A DNA stretch of 63,867 nucleotides, counting the filler, from Collodictyon triciliatum (taxonomy: Eukaryota), in NCBI GenBank assembly GCA_043381765.1. It is 20 parts of 20 records of this genome, joined end to end, with 100 filler letters (N's around TTAATTAATTAA, not from the genome) between each part and the next. Parts side by side here need not be neighbours in the genome. Positions count along the whole stretch, not along the records: positions 54,389 to 57,482 come from JBHJMP010007807.1; positions 57,583 to 60,676 come from JBHJMP010007808.1; positions 60,777 to 63,867 come from JBHJMP010007809.1; 17 more parts are not named here. One strand, written 5' to 3'. Below, piece by piece: positions 55,765-63,867 of the stretch. Both the position numbers and the translations under genes were made by a program. Each line of letters opens with the position of its first letter. The first letter of the stretch is position 1. Below the pieces are notes generated by a model. The model was not told the origin of the DNA and did not search any database. It saw only the letters and a list, made by a program, of their open reading frames with translations.

Positions 55765-56295
55765 AATAAGAAAAAGGTAGGAAAGGTGGGAAGAGACGAA
55801 TCATATACACAGCTCAAAGGATGCAGCAGTAGTGAATCACACACCAAGACACCAGGCGACGTCCAAGCTGTGTGGGAAAGGCGATGTCGATGAGGCGGCG
55901 CTGAAACCCACCCGACTCGCGATGTGTGGCTATATTTTCCAGATGCGGTGCACAATTCCGAGAGAATTCCCGTCCAGTCACATCGCCTGCGTCAAATGGC
56001 ATCGTCTTTCTGTTCACCAGGCGACCCTTCTAATAAGCCGCTTTCGATCATGTAAAATACAGTGCTGAGCAAACCGAAAAACCCCACCGATAAACCCCAA
56101 CAAAAAAAAAAAATAAAAATAAAAATAATAATAATAAGATAATCCTTCCGTGAGAGAAAACCCTCAAGGCGCGCTCTATTGTCTTTATTCCGGCGACCAC
56201 ATGGAGCCACATATTCGCTGGTACAAGGAGCAAGGAAACACAAGCACATTTTCCCTCGTGACTCACAAGCACCGAACAACGCCACAGACAAAAGC

Positions 56296-56587
56296 GCACC
56301 GCACTGCACCGCACCGAGTCCGATGTTTTGCGATCTCTGCGGTGGAGCAGCCATGCAGTACCCGCCCAAGTGCCAGGGCTGCAAAAAGGTGCTCTGCACA
56401 AAATGCACAAACTACGTTGGGCAACAAAGTCTCGAGTTCTGTACACCATGCAAAGGAAAGCTTCCCAAGACGGCGCCTAAGCCGAAGCCCCAAGCTGCGC
56501 AGATATCATCAACATCAACATCAACATCAACATCAAAATCAAAATCAACATCAACATCAACAGCAACAGCAACATCACCAGCAACAC

Positions 56588-56628
<41 letters not shown>

Positions 56629-57134
56629 TCAACATCAACAGCAACATCATCGGCATCATCGTTAAGAACATCAACAGCATCTCCAACAGCATCACCAGCA
56701 AAAATACCATCAAAACTTGCCGAAAGTGCAGGACTTGCAGGAAAGCGCAGCTTCAAAGAATATGTGCCGAGCGGGCCGACCGGCCCAGTGGCCAACGGCG
56801 GAGCAGTTCTCGAGTCGCGGATGGTCGAGCCGTTCTGGGCAGATGGTGCTGACAAGACAAGTGCTTCATCTTCAACAGCAACTGTTGTTGTGGCCCTCAA
56901 CCACGTCCTCACGCTGGCCAGGCTGCGAGAACTCTGCGAGGCTGCCGGGTCGGGCTGCAGCCAGTGGCATTTCGCGTCGCTGATTCAGGCCGATGGTCTA
57001 CATAGCGCCGAGTGGGCACGGGCCTTGAACATCCACACATCCTTTGATTATGTCCGCTGGTTTGTCCAGCAGAAGCTCATGGTCCTGGAAAACGGCCTGC
57101 TCTTCGTCTCTGTGGACGGCCTGAAGGTATGTCC

Positions 57135-57193
<59 letters not shown>

Positions 57194-57335
57194 ACCATGC
57201 CTTTTACAGTGCAATTCAAAGGGCTCGTTTGTACTCAAAACGTGATTCCAAACAGGTTGTCTCAAACTACCTCATGCAGCGGCTCGGGTACTATGCAAAC
57301 TCCCTCATGATTACAAATCCGACAGAAGAGCCGGG
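56296..57335 (+). CDS. Hypothetical protein with CxxC zinc finger, Ser/Thr/Ala linker and globular C-terminus, partial
   Basis: CDLC...CQGC...CTKC...CTPC followed by a (ST/AT)n tract; (CT)n intron at ~57127-57221. Confidence 0.5.
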
Positions 57336-57582
57336 TTTGTTTTGGTTCTCCTGCTCGTGCTCCTACTTGCACCTCTATCCTGCTTATCATGTTTTCCTTC
57401 TTTATCTCCTAAGCAATAAACATATGGACCCCAAAAAAACAAAAAAACAAAAAAACAAAAAAACAAAAAAACAAAAAAACAANNNNNNNNNNNNNNNNNN
57501 NNNNNNNNNNNNNNNNNNNNNNNNNNTTAATTAATTAANNNNNNNNNNNNNNNNNNNNNNNNNNNNNNNNNNNNNNNNNNNN

Positions 57583-57981
57583 GGACTCGGAGTGGAGGCG
57601 AACCCAGTCAAGGCTGCGGCGTGGAAAAGCAAAGCAGACGTGGCTCGTGAGGAAGACTCGCGTGAGACTGATTATGAGTCCGGGGATGATGACGATGATG
57701 ATGATGATGGTGGTGGGGATGTCGGTGTGGAGGACGATGGATATCCTGACTATGACAGCACAGAAAACGACTGCAATTACAATGAGGAAGACTATCGGCA
57801 CCAGCAGAGTCTTTCGCACGAGAGTCATGGAAGAAGCGGTTCTCAGCCGAGCGCGGGCTCTGAGGCAAAACCGGCTTCCGGCAGGAACTCAAGAGTGAGA
57901 CGGGGTGTCGCTGAGAAACAGAAAAAAGTGGGCCCAGTCGTCAGAAACCGGGTCATGGACTCGGACGAAGGAGCGTATTAA
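57583..57981 (+). CDS. Acidic low-complexity C-terminal exon of an unknown gene
   Basis: GC-rich open frame from the contig start to TAA, followed by AT-rich UTR-like sequence. Confidence 0.5.
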   Translation, partial: GLGVEANPVKAAAWKSKADVAREEDSRETDYESGDDDDDDDDGGGDVGVEDDGYPDYDSTENDCNYNEEDYRHQQSLSHESHGRSGSQPSAGSEAKPASGRNSRVRRGVAEKQKKVGPVVRNRVMDSDEGAY

Positions 57982-58354
57982 TATATACAGAGATTTCAGA
58001 ATGTTAAGATAAAATGAATAAAGAAAAGACTGGATTCTGACCCATTGCATCGCGCAGAGATAAAACGAAAATGTGCACTCTATCATGCTGCACAATGGCC
58101 GTCTACATAATAGGATGTAGTGGCTTTATATTATTTTATCATTTTATTGTTTCTTTGTGAGATGGCGCAGAACCATCAAACCCTGTGAAAAATCATTATC
58201 GTATATTTTGAAAAAGAAAAAGAAAAAGAAAAAGAAAAAGAAAAAGAAAAAGAAAAAGAAAAAGAAAAAGAAAAAGAAAAAGAAAAAGAAAGTGGGACTG
58301 TGGATACTCAGTCAGAGATAGAGCGGTGCAGAGTGCCCGTATCAGTTTCATTCA

Positions 58355-59781
58355 TCAGGCGAAGGTGTGGTCGTCATTAAAGTATAGATGGATGGCCGGG
58401 ACGTAGTACTCTTGATCCACAGCAAGATCGGCATACTTTGAGGACTCATCTGGGATGTCGTTTTCATCCAAAGTCTTGTTCATGTCCAGAACGCGTCCCA
58501 ACCGCTTCCATGTATACGACCCGGCGTGTGCGTTATACTCGAGATACCGCTCCAGGATATCCTTGAGGGTTTGCTCTGAACAGACCTGATGCGTGGAATC
58601 AATATCAAATAAATGAATGAATAAATAAAAACAATCAAAGTCTATTGATTAAGACAGAAAAAAGAAGAAAAAAAGGGGACAAGCATACCTCAATTTGATC
58701 CTCCTGGTGGGTCAGTGTATTGACTATTCTGATCTTGCGGGTTTTTTGAGATAACTTGCCGATACAGAACTTCGTTTCCATCCACCAAGGCTTTTCATTA
58801 GCAGACATTTCAGTGGTTGGAGATATCGTTGGTATGTGAAGAAATCGCCCCTACATATATAAATAAAATAAAAAATGATTATTCTCACTCGGAAATATGT
58901 TTAACTTAAGATAACAACAATTATTCAGTAGGTCCAAAAAGATGACGAATGAGAAGAAAAGGATGAAACCTGCGGCGTATAATAAAGCCTAATCTCCGAT
59001 ACAGGGTCAATGAACGTCCTCAACTAAGAAAAGAAAAGAGTCGAAACAATTACAGAATATTGATGCTTTGGTAGGATGACTCAACGCAATGACGAAATCG
59101 GAAATAAATACAAGAAATAAATGAAAAAAATGATATAAGAAAAAGAAAAGAAAAGAAGCCGTCAATGAACTTACGTCTCCGGTTTCTGGGTCAAACCAAT
59201 GGGATNNNNNNNNNNNNNNNNNNNNNNNNNNNNNNNNNNNNNNNNNNNNNNNNNNNNNNNNNNNNNNNNNNNNNNNNNNNNNNNNNNNNNNNNNNNNNNN
59301 NNNNNNNNNNNNNNNNNNNNNNNNNNNNNNNNNNNNNNNNNNNNNNNNNNNNNNNNNNNNNNNNNNNNNNNNNNNNNNNNNNNNNNNNNNNNNNNNNNNN
59401 NNNNNNNNNNNNNNNNNNNNNNNNNNNNNNNNNNNNNNNNNNNNNNNNNNNNNNNNNNNNNNNNNNNNNNNNNNNNNNNNNNNNNNNNNNNNNNNNNNNN
59501 NNNNNNNNNNNNNNNNNNNNNNNNNNNNNNNNNNNNNNNNNNNNNNNNNNNNNNNNNNNNNNNNNNNNNNNNNNNNNNNNNNNNNNNNNNNNNNNNNNNN
59601 NNNNNNNNNNNNNNNNNGAACATAATAAAAGATGAATAAGCGATAATAATGCACAGGTTAACAAACCGATGCGATCCTTTGTGACGGGCGTCAAGTCGTA
59701 GACATTCCCGTGCCACGAGAGCCAACAATCGGAGGCCAAACGATGCTGCCGAACTTCGGACGGTGCGTAATATCTCGCCAT
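58355..59781 (-). CDS. CYB5D1: Cytochrome b5 domain-containing protein 1 (ciliary radial spoke)
   Basis: MARYYAPSEV..H....DCWLS..G.VYDLT, SHWFDP, GRFLHIP, PWW...CIGKLS.KTRKIRIVNTLT, YNAHAGSYTWK, LDMNKTLDEN, PAIHLYFNDD. Confidence 0.93.
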
Positions 59782-60499
59782 TCGTCTGCCCCTCTTTCCT
59801 TATTTTATTTCTTCTTTTTCTATGAGAATTGCTATCCATGAGAGCCTATTCATTTTTCGCTCATACTTCAACATCCCTTCTGCTGCCGATCTCTTGCATC
59901 TCCCGTGATCGCCCTCTGCTGAATTGGCTGATCATTGATCAAAAAGTCTGATTGGGCGGCCGTCCAAACTTTCTATGAAGCCGTTGCTATAAATGTGGAA
60001 TATATTGCTTTCTTTTCATTTGACTCCTTTATTTTATCAGTGCACAGATTTAATTAAAATTATGAAAACCATATTCAATGTAAATTGGGTTATCGGCTTT
60101 ATTTGCAACCTGGCACAGCCAAACAACCACAAGCCAGTATCCAATTCGGTTCTAATCATTCTTACTTTTTTTTTCTCCTTAAATAGGATTTATGATGATG
60201 GTGATTTCGAAGAGAAGATGTCAAAAGAGTATCGCATGAGCATCGCATAAATACGGGTGGCCTCGACACCTTGCGAGGTTGAGAGGAGGGAATATTGCCG
60301 AAATACCTAATCCGCACATATAATTGTTAAATCAAGGCAGTTTGGAAATGGTTTAATGAAGGCTTGAAGGCATGAAAATAAAAATAAAAATAAAAACCTT
60401 TGTGAGCTCGCTTTTGTCATCTACCGAAAAGCTGTATCGATTTTCTATGAACTTCCGAATCCACGAAGTCGCTGACTCTGTGATTAGACCGAAATGATA

Positions 60500-60584
<85 letters not shown>

Positions 60585-60776
60585 AGAAAAAAAAACAAAA
60601 AAAAAACAAAGAACAAGGCCAACATCTACACCATCCAGCACAAAAAAGAAAGGGAGAATAAAAAAAAAAAAAAACANNNNNNNNNNNNNNNNNNNNNNNN
60701 NNNNNNNNNNNNNNNNNNNNTTAATTAATTAANNNNNNNNNNNNNNNNNNNNNNNNNNNNNNNNNNNNNNNNNNNN

Positions 60777-62990
60777 GCCTGCTGTGATTAGCTTGTTGTC
60801 CATGGAAAGCGATGAACCCACGGTGGTAGGTAGACTCGTGACCTTGAAAGTCAGCGTATCTCCTGCGTCCACATCCTGTCCCTTGATAACAATAGACGCT
60901 GCAGTGTTCATTTCGATAATCACAGATGTGGGCACGAGTGCTATGGGTGCATGATTGACATGGATCACATTTATTGTGAAAGTATTTATCAGAGAACCCC
61001 CATTCCTATCGTCCACTATCCGAAAGTTGAATGTTGCAAAAGGTGACCCAAAGCCTATGTAAGGGGGATTATATGCAAACTGAGTTCCATATGTGATTGC
61101 TCTGGGTAACGAATTCTGAGATATCTCTACTCCACTGTCATCGACAAGAATTCCTTGTAATGGAAGCGACAAAATAATGACAGAGAGGGTCGTTATGGGG
61201 TTATCTGGGTCACAGTTAGGATGGTTACTCCATAAAATGTTGGAAATGGTATTTGATGTGCTGCTCTCGTATATAGCCAGACTCACAGGAACTGAGACAG
61301 GTGGCTGATTCACAAAATTGACATTTACAGTTACCTCATAGGTGTTTGATGAAATGAAATCCTTCACCGAAAACTGAAAAGTCATCAGTGCGGTTCCATA
61401 AAGATTCTTTCCCGGTGAAATTATAAGGCGCCAGGAGTTCGGTGCCATTCTAGGAATGGTGTTTCCAGCTACCTTTACCTGTCCACTTGTGGAACTTCCA
61501 TCCAAGGTTGTAAATACAACACCATTTTCGGGAATCGAATTAATAATGAGCGTAACCGAATCTCCTTCAGCATCAGTTGCAAAAATATCGACGTTTCCTC
61601 TCGTGTTCTGGTCTATCGTTATGGTGACTGGAGATGACAACGGCGGTGTGTTTTGACGAGTACCCACCGATATTGAAATTTCAGCGTCTGCTGATTGTAC
61701 CATATTGTTGGTCATTTTGAAACTAAATTTATCCGATATTGGTGAGGAAATGAATTGGTCATTGCTCTGGTAGAAGATTCTGTTAATCGGGTCAATAACT
61801 GCAGTGTTGATTGACGTTATTCTCGTGCCAACAGAACCGTCTGCTTTGTATTGAAACAGTCGACCCCTGGTTGGTGTTGAAGAAATAATGGCAAACAGGT
61901 TCAGATTGTTTTTATCTGAACCTGTTAATTGAATCACAATCAATCTTCCTGCTATTGCTTCAATCGAAGCAGGTATTGAAGCCGGAGCATAAGGCTGGTG
62001 CGACAAGACATCAATACGGATAATGACAGGTATTATTTTACCATCCAATAATTCTTCAGTGATGCTGAAGGTCGAGTATGGTTGTCCATTTGTATCACTT
62101 ATAGGTGTGAAAATCACGTATAGATTCCGATTGGTTACTGTATCGGTGGCCAGGGAAATTGGAGATCCTTTTGACCCGTCTGCATTGACCTGGCTCAATA
62201 TTCCTTTTGATGGAAGTGAATTGAATGATATCTTTCTAGCGATGCCTGCATAGAGCTGGAGTGTGAAAATAACATCCTTATTCGTTGGTGTGGTCACGAG
62301 TAATGTGGTTGGCGAATAGCTACTCTGCGCAGATCCATCCACCGAGACAAAGAAAACAGCATCATTATAATCAATGTCACCGAGGTTATATGATTCTTCA
62401 AATCCTATCAGCACTTTACCTGAATTACCTTCAGTAAACATCGCAACGTGATTCTTTTTGTCCGAGTTTATGCTCCTGATGGTATAGTAAGTCGACGCAT
62501 CCAAGTTAGTGTCCCAAAAACGGTCTGTAAATCCGTTTGCAATCAAAAAGAATCCTATGCTGGTTCCTGCCTTAAATGGACCTATTCGCACAGTCTGTCC
62601 TGGTTTAAGCGAACCTGAATCGGCGGAAAGATCAGGAAAAACCACATTCATGGATATTATGTTGTTTCCAGAGTCATACACAAAATAGCCTAAGGAGTTG
62701 CGGTAACCCGTGCTTTCTGAGACGAATGTGACGTAGAGTGTGCTTGTCTTGTTAAGGTCTATGTTTGCATTATTTTGTGGGCTGATGAGAGCAGGGTTTG
62801 GTTGTCCTTGATGGGGAAGCCACTGGTTAATCGAAGCCACCAGACTAGGAGGCTGTTGGATTATCTTTGACTCCAAGCAAACCGCGACCGTGTAATCTGG
62901 GTTGAGCAGAAGACCAAATGGTTGTGGGTTTGGTAGAGTGCATTTAGTTTCATGCACATTGGCTAACGAGTGCAATGCGGCAAGTACCAT
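60777..62990 (-). CDS. Large surface/adhesion protein: DUF4114-like domain plus cadherin-like/bacterial Ig (Big_9-type) repeats, 3' truncated
   Basis: VTFVSESTGYRNSLGYF...IGFFLIANG...IGFEE....GDIDYNDAVF, then repeats NTPP...ATDAEGD, VNQPP..., VNHAP...GQDVDAGDTLTF. Confidence 0.78.
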
Positions 62991-63717
62991 TGTGAATAAC
63001 TAAAAAAAAAAAAATGTGGTGTTATGAACCATTGAAAATTTAAAAAAAAACATGGAGATGAAGGTAGGATTTTGATGTATAAGGTAAAAGAAGTAAAGCA
63101 ACCATCTAGAGCCGTATTGGAATAAAAAGAAATAAAGCAACTTAGTTGGTAATAATTAACAGATATTTTCATGAGCGCAGATGACTATACATATTTCGTG
63201 TAAAGAAACAGTGTTTTCGTTTTTATTTCTGAATGATTGATGTAAACTTACAAGACTCCAATACCGAGACATTCTACCCCCAGAAACGCCTGCTCTTTTA
63301 GAAAACTTTTACGAAACCTTATTCCGACTTTAAATGCTCTAGAAGGCTGATTGCGTTATGTTTAATCATGGATTTAGATAATTGTAAGGGAGTCAGTAGA
63401 AATAAAGTCTGTTTCGTGATATTTCGGTGTCTAAGGTGAGTGCTTAAAAAATAGTATTGTGAGTGTGATCAAGCCTTTCTTAATCATAAAAAGGAGGATG
63501 TGGGCAGTTGAAACCGTGCAAACACTATGCTTTGTATTAACGTTTGTCTATCTCTATCATCCTGTGATAGAGATAGAGGCCACAATTCAAGTATAACTCA
63601 ACATCGTTTTCCGTCCCAATAGTAAGAAAAAAAGTCATGAAGAAAAATATCATGAAACCACTCCTGTATGGGATATAGCGGTAGGACCAACTCAGCTAAA
63701 CATCGATTTAAGGGAGG

Positions 63718-63867
63718 AAAAAGGAGAAAGGAGAAAGGAGAAAGGAGAAAGGAGAAAGGAGAAAGGAAAAAGGAGAAAGGAGAAAGGAGAAAGGAGAAAG
63801 GAGAAAGGAGAAAGGAGAAAGGAGAAAGGAGAAAGGAGAAAGGAGAAAGGAGAAAGGAGAAAGGAGA
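63718..63867. repeat. (AAAGGAG)n heptamer satellite at window end
   Basis: Directly visible tandem array. Confidence 0.9.

Noticed and set aside
56412-56912. Antisense VDVD/VAVA and poly-Q/H alternative-frame ORFs
   Set aside because: Shadows of the ACATCA/ACAGCA Ser-Thr-Ala coding repeat.
63718-63867. Telomeric repeat
   Set aside because: Most contigs end in some SSR of a different unit; nothing singles out AAAGGAG as telomeric.

Overview
This window is not one locus. It is a concatenation of 20 unrelated eukaryotic contigs of about 3.1 kb, in roughly descending length order, joined by ~100-nt N spacers that contain the artificial six-frame-stop linker TTAATTAATTAA. Most contigs end in microsatellites. 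The source looks like an intron-rich, AT-rich, flagellated protist using the standard genetic code. Splicing exons by eye gives a Golgi-type sulfotransferase, a PMCA-type Ca2+ ATPase, a CCR4/nocturnin-family EEP, STPG2, WDR27, an LRR protein, AKTIP/FTS, a plant-aprataxin-type macro domain, a NATD1-like GNAT, a GT2+GT4 glycosyltransferase, a kelch protein, Ras, CYB5D1 and a DUF4114/Ig-repeat surface protein. Highlights: (1) a decayed Fanzor1 (eukaryotic TnpB-derived RNA-guided nuclease) at 42350-44250 that retains all three RuvC acidic motifs and is followed by a hairpin-rich candidate omegaRNA; (2) a TPR-pentapeptide-WD40-SEL1 protein whose near-identical 135-nt WD40 repeats vary mainly at HET-E-type ligand-face positions; (3) an intronless coiled-coil, mobile-element-like ORF with a -1 frame change; (4) frequent AAG 3' splice sites. 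All family calls come from motif recognition, not database searches.
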